Positions 1 through 11,632 of a stretch of DNA of 64,000 nt are shown piece by piece. Each line of letters opens with the position of its first letter. Position 1 is the first letter of the stretch. Below the pieces are notes generated by a model. It was not told the DNA's origin. It saw only the letters and a program-made list of their open reading frames with translations, and made no database searches. The stretch lies in assembly GCF_009914755.1 (NCBI RefSeq), contig NC_060942.1. One strand, given 5' to 3'. The position numbers were made by a program, and so were the translations under genes. The DNA is from the human T2T-CHM13v2.0 reference genome, Homo sapiens.

Positions 1-3000
1 ATTCATATTTTGATTTTGTATCCTGCAACTTTTCTGATGACTTTGTTGATCAAACTAAGAGTTTTTTGGTAGAGTCTTTAGGTTTTCCTAAATATAAGAT
101 TATGTCATCTGCGAGAGGAACAATTTAACTTTCTCTTTTCCAATTTGGATGTCTTTTCTTTCTCTTGCCTGATTGCTCTGGCCAGAACTTTCAATACTAT
201 GTTGAATAGGAATAATGAAAATGAGCATCCTTGTCTTGTTTCCTTTCTTAGAGGAAAGGCTTACAGCTTTTCCTCATTCAGTATGTTAGCTGTGAGTTTG
301 TCATATATAGCTGTTATTATGTTGAAGTATGCTCTTTCTATAACTAGTTTGTTGAGAATTTTTATCATGAAAAAATGTTGGACTTCATTGACTGTTTTTT
401 CGTTATCTATTGAGATTATCATATGTTTTTTGCCCTTTATTCTGTTGATGTGATGTTTCATGTTTGTTGATTTACAAATTTGAGCCATCCTTGCATTGCT
501 GAAATAAATAACTTGACACAATGGTCATTCAGGAGCATGTTTTTAAAATGTCCATGTATTTTTGCATTTTGAAAGTTTGCTATATATTGATTTCTAGTTG
601 TTTTTCATTGCAGTCTGGGAAGATACTTGATACAATTTTTATTATTTTAAATTTATTGAGTCTTCTTAGTGGTCTGACATGTGTTCTATTCTGGAGAATA
701 TTCCATGTGCTGATGAGAAGAATATGTTTTCTACAGCTGTTGGATAAAATGTTCTTTAAATATCTGTTAGTTTCATCTGGTCTAAAGTGTAGTTTGAGTC
801 ACACGTTTCTTTGTTTATTTTATGTTTAGATAATCTTTCTAATGCTGAGAGTGGGGTGTTGAAGTCCCCAGCTATTATTGTATTAGAGTTGCCCTCTCCA
901 TTTAGGTTAAATAATATTTGCTTTATATACCTCAGTGCTTCATTGTCGGGTGCATATATATTTATAGTTATATCCTCTTGCTGAATTAATCCCTTTATAA
1001 CTATATAATGATTCTTTTTGTCTCTTTTTACTGTTTTGACTTAAATTCTGTGTTATCTGATATAAGTATAGCTACTCCTGGTAACTTTTAGTTTTCCTTT
1101 GTTTGGAATATCTTTTTTATCTCTTTAAATTTATATGTGTCTTTACAGGTGAGTTTCTTATAGGAAGCATATCATTAGGTAATGTTTTTGTTTATTTTTC
1201 TTTCAGCCAGACTATATCTTTTAGGTGTAAAATTTAAGCTGTTTATATTCATGATTATTACTGATAGGTGGACTTATTTCTATATTTTGTTAATTGTTTT
1301 CTGGTTGTTTTGTATTTTCTTTGTTCTTCTCTTTCTCTGTTGTTTTCATTGTGGCTTGGGGTTTTCTGAAGTAGTAACATTTGAGTTCCTTTTCCTCATG
1401 TGTGTTTGCTCTATCAGTGAATTTTATACTTTCATATGTTTTCCTAATGGCAGATATCTTTTTTTTACTTCCAAGTGTAGGACTCCCTTAAGCATTTCTG
1501 GTAGGGCTGGTCTAGTAGTGATGAATGCTGTCAGTTTTTGCTTACTGGGAAACACTTTATTTCTTCTTCATTGATAAAGGATAACTTTGCTGGATATAAT
1601 ATTTTTGGCTACCAGCCTTTTTCTGTTTTTTTCCCCAGCAATTTCAATGTATCATCCCTTCTCTTCTAGCCTGTAAGGTTTCTGCTCAGAAATCTGCTAT
1701 TACTCTGATGGGGGTTCCCTTATATATGAATGGGTGTTTTTCTCCTGTGGTTTTTAGAATTCTCTCTTTGTCTTTTGACACTTAGACTGTGATGTGCCAT
1801 TGAAAAAATCTTTTTGTATTATACCTATTTCTGAAATTCAAAGGTTCTTGTATCTGGATGTACATATCTCCTGCTAGACTTGGAAAGTTTTCAGCTATTA
1901 ATTTGTTAAACTTGCATTTGTCTTTTCTTCATGTTCTGGAACACACAAATTGATATATTTAGTCACTTTTTGGTGTACCACATGTTATGTAGGTTTTGTT
2001 CAGTCTTTTTTTTTTTAACTTTCTTTTGACTGAGTTATTTCAAAAGACCTCTGTTCAATCTCTGAGTTATTTCTTCTGCCTGTTCTAGACTATTGTTTAC
2101 ACCCTTTAATAAATTTTTAAATTTCAATCATTTAATTCTTCACTTACAGAGTTTCTCTTTGGTCTTTCTTTTATATTATCTATCTTTCTAGTCAACTTCT
2201 CATTCATATTCTGAATTGTTTTTCTGGTTTCTTCGTATTTATCTGTGTTCTCTTATATATCACTGAGCTTCTTTAATATTTTAATTTTTCTAGCAGCTAA
2301 TAAATTTTCTTTTTATTCAAATTTGTTGCTGAAGTATTATTGTGTGTTCCTTTACAGGTGTCATATTTTTTTCTTTTTTTTTGGTATATTTCTTGTGTCC
2401 TTATGTTGATATCTGCACATCTACTGTAATAGTCACTTCCAGTTTTTTGGATTAGCTTGTGAAGGGTAAGAATTTTTCCTGAAGATATATCTATGATGAT
2501 TTTTGGGTAGGAAACTATAAGTTTGATTGTGGCTATGTGCAGTACTGTAGTTTCTGTATGATTTCTTTAGCTGTAAACAGTGTCAAAAGTGTCTATAATT
2601 TCCATAGTATTGTAGGCTGCAGCTGTTTTTGGAGGCTGTGGTGAGGTGTTGCTTGGGATAGGGAAACCAGGAACCAGGTAGTCCAGTCCTTGGACCCCAC
2701 TGATTGTAGCAGCAGGCAGAGCATACCTGGTTTGGGGTCCCCAGGCAGCACATGTGTGAACTGGTTTTAGCAAGTCCACAGGGGTTGATTCTTGGGCCTT
2801 GAGAGGGCTTGCTTGGTTTCCACCAGTGTCAGTGGCTGACCAGGTAGGTGAGCAGGTCCTTGGTTCTCAGAGTATTGTGTTTGGTATAGATGATGGCAAT
2901 AGCAGTGGTGAGAAAACTCTTGTGCTGCAAGTAGCACACTGGTGTTAGTGTTAGCTGTGAGGGTCTGAGTGGGCCAATCCCCAGGCTCCTAGTTAGTGCT

Positions 3001-4345
3001 TGCATGTGAATGTCATCTGTGGAGATAGAAGCAGGTTATGTGGGCCTATCCTCAGGCCTCCAGGAAGAGTGCACAGTTACCAGTAGTGGTGGACAGAGTG
3101 GGACTATTCTGAGTTCCCTGGGTGGTTTGTGTGAGTACTGAGAGCGGGGGCCGTGCCAGGCCCGGTGGCCCAGTAGCCTGTCCTCAGGACTCCCAGTGGG
3201 TGTACTCTGGCACTGGCTGTGCTGAGCAGGGTAGCTTTATCACCAGGCCCCCTTGATAGAGTATTCAGGTGGCTGCAGCAATGGAGGTGATAAGTTGGGG
3301 GGTGGGAGGAGCCTGCCCTCAGGCTCATATGTGCAAGTACGCTATGAGTTTGCTGCTGGAAGGGAGTGGAATTGCTGACAATGGCTACAACCATAAGCAG
3401 GCAGTTACCAGGCTCTAGGGAGTGCGTGCTTTCACCCCTGGCAGTGGTAGCAGTGGTGGCAGCAGCAGTAGCAAGGCTACAAGCAAAGCTAGTCCTCTGC
3501 TACTGACTGGGACAGGATTGCTGCCAGTTGTGTATGCCTCAGTCCTTGGTGGCAACAGCAGCAGCTGTGGGGTATGGTAGCAGAGACTGTCTTCAGGGTA
3601 TGTATGAGGCAGCCATGCTTCTGGGGAAGTCACAATTCCTATCTGTGGCAGCTATTCCAGGTAAGTGGTTCTAAGACTCTGTGGAGCATGCATTTTGCTT
3701 CCCTTCTTCCCAAAGGCAGCCTCACTGGCATACTGCACTGCCCATTCCCTGGGGTACAGGACAGTGTGTGTGCTAGAGTGCTGGGTACTCTGTCACTCTG
3801 ATGGGTCCGACTGGCATTGTACTACTGCAGTGCTCTGTGTGAACATGGGGAAATATTGGTGTGAATCCATGCATGTGGAGATTCAGAGGCTATTGGGCCC
3901 CAGGGCAGGATGCAATCTGATGGGTGCTGGGCTGTCAAAGTGGCACTATGGTACAATTGCTTAGGACTTGAGAAATGTGTGAGACCAAGGGTAAGCTCTC
4001 TCTCTCTGGAGCAATGCCATTGCAATGTCTCTAGGCAGCTCCCCATACTATTCTCAGGTTCTGTGAGGACTGAGGAATTCTCCTAAAGCTAAAGTTGCAG
4101 GAGTCCACCATGGGTTCACTGTGAATTTCTCACATACCCTTTCCCTGCACTGGGGAAGCATCTAGGCTTCCACATATCCTGGCTCTTTTCCATGCCTCAA
4201 GTGTTTTCTCTCATTTCTCTGTTGAATTCCAGTTTACTAGCTTAAATGCTCTGTTTCAAGTGTTATTATATACTTGCTAATTTGGTTCTTTATTGTGGAG
4301 AAAGAGAGGCATCCAATCCCCCTAGTAAGCCATCTTAAAGCCCTT
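1..4345 (-). mobile_element. Old L1 (L1M/L1MA-type) with 5'UTR, ORF1 and ORF2 EN/RT remnants; internally deleted; continues off the left edge
   Basis: Minus-strand ORF 261-521 ([21 protein letters not shown]...[15 protein letters not shown]) matches L1 ORF2 RT. EN-region antisense sequence at 520-1260, ORF1 remnant at ~1450-2500, GC-richer 5'UTR at 2550-4345 ending GCCATCTT (rc AAGATGGC, the typical L1 5' start). Confidence 0.93.
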
Positions 4346-5035
4346 TATAACTATTTTGTTGTTATTTCTTTTTATTCCCAGGGTATTTAATGGAGATTTT
4401 ATACTCTGGAGTCTTAGTAGAAGTTCATTTAAAATTTATTAATTATCCTTTTTTTTCTGGTTGCCATCTTATTGTTTCGATTTTTATTATTTTCTTATAG
4501 TCTAATATACAGCTAAATTATTTGTAAATATTTGTACATATATCAGAATAGAAGTTATTCCCGATTATTGGATATCCATTTTTGATACATATTTAAAACA
4601 TATGAGAAGAATTAAGTTGAATGAAAAGTGATTTAATATGAGAAAATATATTGATATATAAAGGGAGAATTATTATAAAATGACTTCAAGAAATACAGAA
4701 AATTATTTGACAAAAATTCAAACACTTTCATGTGAAACAAGAAGTATCCATCAATATAACAGCATACAAATTCTTTACATAGAAAAAGATTTATTGTTTT
4801 CAACTCTTTTAAACCAACTTGTTTTATCACTTCCAAATTTGTTATTATTACTATGCATTTGTGCATTCAATAGTATATATTTAATATAGTACTTCTTTAT
4901 TAGTATAAATTCTTTACCCATACTTTTGAGTATTGTTTAAGTACAGAATTTACAAGTGAGATTATCACCCAGGATTTGAAGAATTGATTTTAACGCAAAT
5001 TATCTTATCACTGAATTGCTGCCCCTTTTTAAATA

Positions 5036-5406
5036 CAGATTTTTCCTCATGTTACTTCCTGATAAATCATTGGTAAGTTGAAAATACTGTAAGTCAAAAA
5101 TTCATTTGGTAAACCTAACCTTCTGAACATCATAGCTTAGCGTAGTTAACCTGAAACGTGCTCAGAACACTTATTAGTCTACAGTTGGGCAAAATAATCT
5201 AACATAAAGCCTATTTTATAATAAAGACTATTTTAGAATAAAGTGTTGAAAATCTGCTGTTGAATATCTCATTGATTATACTGAAAGTGAAAAATAGAAT
5301 GGTTGTATGGGTACTAGAAGAACGATTTCTACTGAATGTTTAATGCTTTTCATATCATAAATTAAAAAAATTTTAAGTTGAACCATTGTTAATTGGGGGT
5401 GATGTG
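5036..5406 (+). mobile_element. MER47A-like TcMar-Tigger non-autonomous DNA transposon
   Basis: Flanking TA dinucleotides (TA|CAGAT...GATGTG|TA). Internal AACATCATAGCTTAGC...AAACGTGCTCAGAACACTTA...CAGTTGGGCAAAAT matches the recalled MER47 consensus. Confidence 0.8.
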
Positions 5407-5504
5407 TAATCTGTTTTTCCTCGTGATATATGATACACTTTTAGTATTTCTTGTTTGGTTTGTCTTGGTTTTTGCCTTTGCAATTTTAATTCTGTAATGT
5501 CATC

Positions 5505-5875
5505 ATGTTGCATGAGGCAGAAATCCTTGGTGTCTACCAAAATCTATTATTTCCTGCTTTTATGATAACAATACTGTAGCCAGGTAGAAATAGTTCATGT
5601 TTCCCAGCCTCCCTTGCAGTTAAGTGAGGCTGAGGAATATACTTCTCTAAATGGATCAGCTTTTAAAGTAGCCATGTCTTCCTCCTGACCTTTCCCATCC
5701 CCTGGCTAGTTATGGATGGCAGTAATCCATGGCAAAGGTGGAGATGCAGAATGGCAGGAGTAGGAGTCCATAAATTGTCACATAATCCCAGAGCACCTTC
5801 CCTGGATGGTTTTATGAGTTTGTTATTATATTTTAGGGTCTATTTATAGAACAATTTAATATACTATAACTAATA
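5505..5875 (+). mobile_element. Old MaLR LTR remnant (MLT1H/I/J-like)
   Basis: TTTCCCAGCCTCCCTTGCAGTTAAGTGAGGC motif and a 3' end ...ATAACTAATA, both typical of old MLT1 LTRs. Confidence 0.55.
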
Positions 5876-6402
5876 AAATGTATTTACAGAGAGATCGCTT
5901 TTGTTTATTCTACTCTGAACTCAGTGTAATCCTTAATCTAAAAAACCATGTTTTCCTTTAGTTTTTAGAAGTTCTATACCACTATATTTTTAAATACCTC
6001 TTTCTCATTCTCTCCAGTCTCCTGTTCTGTGAATTTTTCAAAAAATGTTTTAAACTTCCTTTTCTCCCCCAGGCCTTTTAACCACTTGCTTTAGTTTGAG
6101 ACTCCTCAAAAGCAAAGTCTGAGAGAAAGCATTAATTGCAGCTAGCTTCTTAGGGAATAATCCCTGGGAAACACAAATAGTAGAGAGGAGAGCATGAAAT
6201 TCAGAAGAGAAGTGCTAGGAACTGAATTGATTTTCCTGCAAATTCATGTTATGTTGAAGTTCTAACTTCTGGTATCTCAGAATGTGACTGCATTTGGAGA
6301 TAGGGTCTTTAAAGTGATAATTAAGATAAAATGAGATTATATGGAGGAGCTCCAATATAACCTAACTGGTGTCCTTATAAGAAAAGGAGATTAAGACACA
6401 GA

Positions 6403-6873
6403 TATATTAGGTTGGTGTAAAAGTACTTGCAGTTTTTGCCATTGAAACTAATGGGCTAACCTAATATTATTTGCTAGGACTGCCATAACACAATACCACA
6501 GGCTGGGTGGTTGGTTTCAACAACAGAAATTTATTTTCTCATAATTCAGGAGGCTAGTATTCCAACATCGAGGTGTTGGCAGGTTTGGTTTCTCCTGAGG
6601 CCTGTTTTTTCTGGCTTGCAGATGGCCTCCTATCACTGTGTCTGCACATGGCCTTTTCTCAGTGCACAAACATCCCTAATGTCTTTTTGTGTGCTCAAAT
6701 TCCCTCTTCTTATAAGGATGTCAGTCAGATTGAATTAGAGCCCACTATAACAGCTTCATTTCAATTTACTCACATTTTTAAAGGCCACATGTTCAAATAC
6801 AGTCACATTCTGAGGTACTGGGAGTTAGGGCTTCAGTATATGAGTTTTGGAGTACACAATTCAGCTCACGATA
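6403..6873 (-). mobile_element. MLT1B/C-type LTR (inner, inverted relative to the outer copy)
   Basis: TTTGCTAGGACTGCCATAACACAATACCACAGGCTGGGTGG...CAAATACAGTCACATTCTGAGGTACTGGGAGTTAGGGCTTCA, the reverse complement of MLT1B motifs. Confidence 0.85.
6407..6464. mobile_element. MADE1 (mariner MITE), partially deleted
   Basis: TA|TTAGGTTGGTGTAAAAGTACTTGCAGTTTTTGCCATTGAAACTAATGG...AACCTAA|TA with TA target duplication. Confidence 0.85.
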
Positions 6874-8084
6874 GACACATACAGAGGGAAGACCAAGTGA
6901 ATATGCTGGAAGAAGACAGCTACATAGAAGCCAATGAGAAAGGCTTTAGAAGAAACCAACCCTGCTGACACTTTGATCTCAGATTTCTAGCCTCCAGAAC
7001 TGTGAGATAATAAATTTATATTTTTTAAGTAATCAAATCTGTGGTTCTTTGTTATGGCAGCCCTAGTAGAGTAACACAGAATGGAAACTAATACAGGGTA
7101 AAATAATAAGTAGATTACTACTGTGGAAACAGAGGCTCAATACTACTAGGGACCTCTAGGGAGGCATTATTGAACATACTCAAAACGTGGCATTTATCCA
7201 CAAATTCCCAACTAATAATATTTACTGAAGGCTACTGCCATGGGCATTATTCATTCTTTGACACTTGCAGTTTTTTGTGCATGGTTCAGACATACTCCAG
7301 TGGCCAGGGAATGCCTTCAGGCAAAAAGCCACAGGAGATTGAGATAAAAAAAAATCATCCACATACAAATGAATAGTGTTAGGGATGGCTATGTGAGTAC
7401 AGAACTGAGGGTATTCTTCACCATTCTCCAAATGTTTCATTAGTTTATCTCTGTGTTGTATTTAAGAAAATATTTAACTATTGCCAAATCAGTCCTATAA
7501 TTCTCATGATTCTGAAAATGATCAAATAGGGAGAAATGGTATCAGCTATAAATATTTTATTTTTGTGTGCAAAAGTATAGTCTACTCATTTGTTATGGAT
7601 TATAGATAGCTTATAGATAGTCATGAATGACTTAAATGAAAAGAGGAGTTTATGAAATATCAAAAATAGAACATTAACAAAAACAACGGTCATCTCTCAT
7701 CATTTCATTCAACCCATGTAATTAATTCCTGCCCTCCTAGATCTTGAGTTAGCAACATTATGAATTCATCTGCTTCTCAACCAAGTGCCTGGAAAACATG
7801 ACTTAATCTGTTGGTATGATTTCAAACTTATTTAAGTGATGCCATTAGAAGCCTGCACCTACGAGTATCTGGCATACTTTGCTATGGTGCTCTGAGAGAG
7901 TTGTTATCACAAATGAAGCACTCTGGCCTGTAGCTGATTGCAAGAGCTTTCAGGAGAGAACGAGAATAAAACAATCAAACAAAAAGCTATCTGTAGATAA
8001 AAAATGATTTAAAATAACTGTAGCAAACTCATTATTGATTATTTTTGTAAGTGAATTCTCTGATGAGAGTTCATTACAAGGATC

Positions 8085-8437
8085 CAGGTTGAGTATTCCT
8101 TATCCAAAATGCTTGAGACCAGAAGTGTTTCAGATTTTGGATTTTTCAGATTTTAAAATATTTGCATATGCATAATGAGATATCTTGAAGAAGGGACCCA
8201 AATCTAATGACAACATGCATTTATCTTTTATACACACCTTATACACAATGCCTGAAGGTAATTTATATAATATTTTTAATAATTTAGTTCATGAAACCCT
8301 TTGTGTACACTGAACTATCAGAAAGCAAAGATGTCAAATGTGAGATTTTCTGCTTGTGGCAGCTTATCCACCCTCAAAAAGTTTCAGATTTTGGAGCATT
8401 TCCAATTTTGAATTTGTGAATGAGGATGCTCAACTTG
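8085..8437 (+). mobile_element. Tigger4b/MER46-type DNA transposon
   Basis: Terminal inverted repeats CAGGTTGAGTATTCCTTATCC ... GAGGATGCTCAACTTG|TA; internal GACCAGAAGTGTTTCAGATTTTGG. Confidence 0.85.
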
Positions 8438-8948
8438 TAATGCAATTGACAAGAAAAATCTGGTTGTTTTGTGGCATGCAAAATAATATAAGAAAGCTAA
8501 TCCAAAAATTCTCTAGGCAAAATAACTGTTAATATATTGATTAACCCCATTTTCAAAATAGTAGATATTATATCTAAATTTTGTACATTAGATAATTTTT
8601 ACACAGAAAAAATTAAAATGTAGCATAAAATCATCTTGATACATAATATGCTACAAATATGCCATTCATACACTAAGACTATATCTAGAATATATCAAGA
8701 ACATCAAGTATAGAGGTTCAGTAAGTAATGAGTAGTTTTTAAACATCTGTATATTAAATAAAAATAGGTAACTGCTGTGAATCCTCAATTGAAAATAACT
8801 GGCCTAGAAAATGCTAGATTTACATTAAAGAAGTAAAGATATGACTAACTTAACATTTTTAGAAATAACAACTTATGACTGATAACTATACCATTTTTAT
8901 CTAATATCAGGAAAAACAGCAAGACTGATATATAGGATGATATCATGG

Positions 8949-9228
8949 TGTAATCCCAGCACTTTGGGAGACCGAGGCAGGCGAATCATGAGGTCAAGAG
9001 ATGGAGACCATCCTGGCCAACACGGTGAAACCCCATCTCTACTAGAAATACAAAAATTAGCTGGGTTTGGTGGCACGCACCTATAGTCCCAGCTACTCGG
9101 GAGGCTGAAGCAGGAGAATCACATGAACCCGAGAGGCAGAGAATACGGTGAGCTGAGATCATGCCACACCACTGCACTCAAGCCTGGGTGACAGAGGAAG
9201 ACTCTGTCAAAATAAAAAAAAAAAAAAA
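8949..9228 (+). mobile_element. Alu, AluSc-like, 5'-truncated
   Basis: Starts at TGTAATCCCAGC; GAGGTCAAGAGATGGAGACCATCCTGGCCAAC diagnostic; A-tail at ~9208-9228. Confidence 0.93.
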
Positions 9229-9292
9229 GATGAATAATGATTTAACGTGATTTTACAAACGTACATTTTTAATAATCTTAGGCATTTCATAG

Positions 9293-9369
9293 AAGTAACA
9301 CTAGCTTATTTATTAAGCATACTTAATAAATAACACAAGTTTAGTTATTAAGTAACACTAGCTTATTTA
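9293..9369. repeat. 20-bp direct repeat with an overlapping 12-bp perfect hairpin
   Basis: AAGTAACACTAGCTTATTTA at 9293-9312 and 9350-9369; TTATTTATTAAG-cata-CTTAATAAATAA at 9306-9333. Confidence 0.9.
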
Positions 9370-10770
9370 ATCAGTAGGTAAAATAAAAATCTACTTTTGT
9401 ATTATACTGAACACTGAGAAATCAGAGAAGATACATCTGCAATTATTAAGCAAAACATATTAAGCTAATCTAGCCAAGGATTCACCTAAAGTATGTAAAC
9501 TTGAATTTTTAAAACATTTCTGAATTACAAGAATAACTTTTTTTTTATTATTTCTTAGGAAGTTTGAAACTTCCAAGCCACATTAGTGCTTATTTATTTC
9601 TATACCTACTAGAATAGAACTTCTTTAAGAGATTATATAATCAAATTTGGAAATATATTTAGAGAAGAGAAAATATTATATACTCGTAAAATGAAGGCCT
9701 TTCTATGTTAGAGACACATAAACATAAAAATATACAGGAGAGGAAATTTATAACTTCAATTCTAAAATTTTAGTCCTTTGTCAAGCATAAACACAGAAAT
9801 ACAAACTTACCAATTCATATATATACTTCCACTTCCTGGTAGGCATGTAACTCTCAATTGATCTGATCTCAAGATAAACAAAGAGACAAACTAAAAAGAT
9901 TAACAAACCATGTTCTCTGTCTTTCTGCCGACAGATACAAGATCTCTGTAAACCTTCAATCAATTTACATAAAAAGCCAAATGATTAGATAATAAAGCCC
10001 AAAGACGCTAGCACCAGAAATCAAGTAAAAAATCAGGACCCAAAATTAATTATTTATCACCCAACAAAAGAGTCAGTAGCATAAAAAGAGCTGAGTTCAC
10101 TGTTGAGTTCTAGACCTTCAGGAGCACAAAAAAAGAGTTGCCAAGAGGCTTCATTTACTTGAGGTGAGTTCATTGTGTTATGAAGGCAGGGTCAGAGCCT
10201 ACCTGAGTCATGGTATGAAGACTGCGAAGGACAAACTGCACCAGACAATTGAAGATATTATTTTTTTCAGGATGTTACAACAGAGTTATTATACACTTAT
10301 AAGTGACTTCGCAAAGAAAATGAGGGTGGCCTTATGGGAGTCATGAGGAAAAATAGACATAGGTCTTTTTCTCTGAGTACACAACAACAAAGTAGTCCTT
10401 TCCAGTTAGCCATTTCTCAGAACACAGAGGACTGGAAACATCTCTCGACCATTGCTATTTTCTAGTGATACAAGACTGAGATAAAATTAAACATTGTCAG
10501 TTTTTTAATGCCTTCATGTAATATTGAATTTTTGATTCTGTAACTTTATTGACACTGTTTATTCTTTGAAAGTCCTGTATGCCCTGACATATGAAAGCTT
10601 CCTGACAGAACTTTCTTACCTGTATCTACTTGGGTTCAGTTTATCATAGAACAACTTTAATATCAATGTAATAACTTTAGTTCACTCACTGAAAACGGAT
10701 AGTGTGAAATCAGACCAAAAGTAATGCAATGCATTTGTCCTGAGATTTTATTTTCACATCATTTATTTTT

Positions 10771-11188
10771 CCCTCCTCCTTCTCCTCCTCCTTCTCCTTC
10801 TCCTCCTCCTTCTACTCCTCCTTCTACTCCTCCTCCTCCTCCTCCACCTTCTCCTCCTCCTCCTTCTCCACCTTCTCCTCCTCCTCCTCCTCCACCTTCT
10901 CCTCCTCCTCCTTCTCCACCTTCTCCTCCTCTTCCACCTCCTCCTCCACCTTCTCCTCCTCCTCCTCTGTCGTCTTCTTCTTATTCCTTTTCTTCTTCTT
11001 CTTCCTCCTCCTCCTCCTTCCTCTTCTTCCTCCTCCTCCTCCTTCTTGTTCTTTTCCTCCTCTTCCTCCTTCTTCTTCTCCTTCTCCTTTTCCCTCTTCC
11101 TCCTCCTCCCCCTGCCTTTCCTCCTCCCCCTCCTCCTCCTCTTCCTCCTCCTCCTCCTTCTTCTTCTTCTTCTTCTTCTTCTCCTTCT
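10771..11188. repeat. Compound (CCT)n/(CTT)n homopyrimidine microsatellite, ~420 bp
   Basis: Almost pure C/T on the + strand, with higher-order units such as CCTCCACCTTCT(CCT)n. Confidence 0.98.
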
Positions 11189-11215
11189 AATATAAAAAAT
11201 AAAATTAAAGCTTGT

Positions 11216-11632
11216 GTGTACCCTTGTGTGTCCCTTTGGGTTGAGCTCTCTAATAGACATATTTTGCAGGAGGGATTACATAGGAAGAGACATACTAACA
11301 GTGCTCTCGGAATCAACACCTATGAAAGGAAAGAGAACTCAATATTGGACAGAGGGAAAATTCAAGCTATGCATTATCAACAGATGAGTTGCCTGCTCCT
11401 GTGAGAAGCCCTGGAGGTGGAATGACTATACATTTTTTTTTTTTCCTGAATCCTATGCTCAGACACTGAAGATGGGCCGGCCCAGTAAAGGGGTATACAT
11501 TTGGTCAAAGTGGCTCTTTTTAGTTGAGGCCATCTCCTGAAAGAGCTTATAGGTGAGAGTTGTCTGCTGTAGCTGGGGAATAAATTTTTATTCCCAAGCA
11601 GAAATCTCAATACCCCCATGCAGTGTCCACAG
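11216..11632 (-). mobile_element. LTR16-type (ERVL) LTR remnant
   Basis: GTGCTCTCGGAATCAACACCTATG...TTGGACAGAGGGAAAATTCAAGCTATGCA...GAAGCCCTGGAGGTGGAATG resembles LTR16. Confidence 0.6.

Larger units (their letters stand above)
6213..7078 (+). mobile_element. MLT1B-type LTR (outer; pieces 6213-6402 and 6874-7078)
   Basis: CTCAGAATGTGACTGCATTTGGAGATAGGGTCTTTAAAG...GGTGTCCTTATAAGA; after the insert, AACCAACCCTGCTGACACTTTGATCTCAGATTTCTAGCCTCCAGAACTGTGAG...TTTGTTATGGCAGCCCTAG. Confidence 0.85.
6085..7400 (-). mobile_element. LTR33 (ERVL) remnant, split by an MLT1B insertion (pieces ~6085-6212 and ~7079-7400)
   Basis: TTAGTTTGAGACTCCTCAAAAGCAAAGTCTGAGA...TCCCTGGGAAACAC resumes after 7078 with ACTACTGTGGAAACAGAGGCTCAATACTACTAGGGACCTCT. 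Confidence 0.6.

Noticed and set aside
2550-4345. GC-rich stretch as a gene promoter or CpG island
   Set aside because: It is the CpG-depleted 5'UTR of the antisense L1.
10724-11404. 226-aa proline-rich ORF and the overlapping Arg- and Glu/Gly-rich antisense ORFs
   Set aside because: They are translations of the (CCT)n/(CTT)n tract, which lacks stop codons; no gene context.
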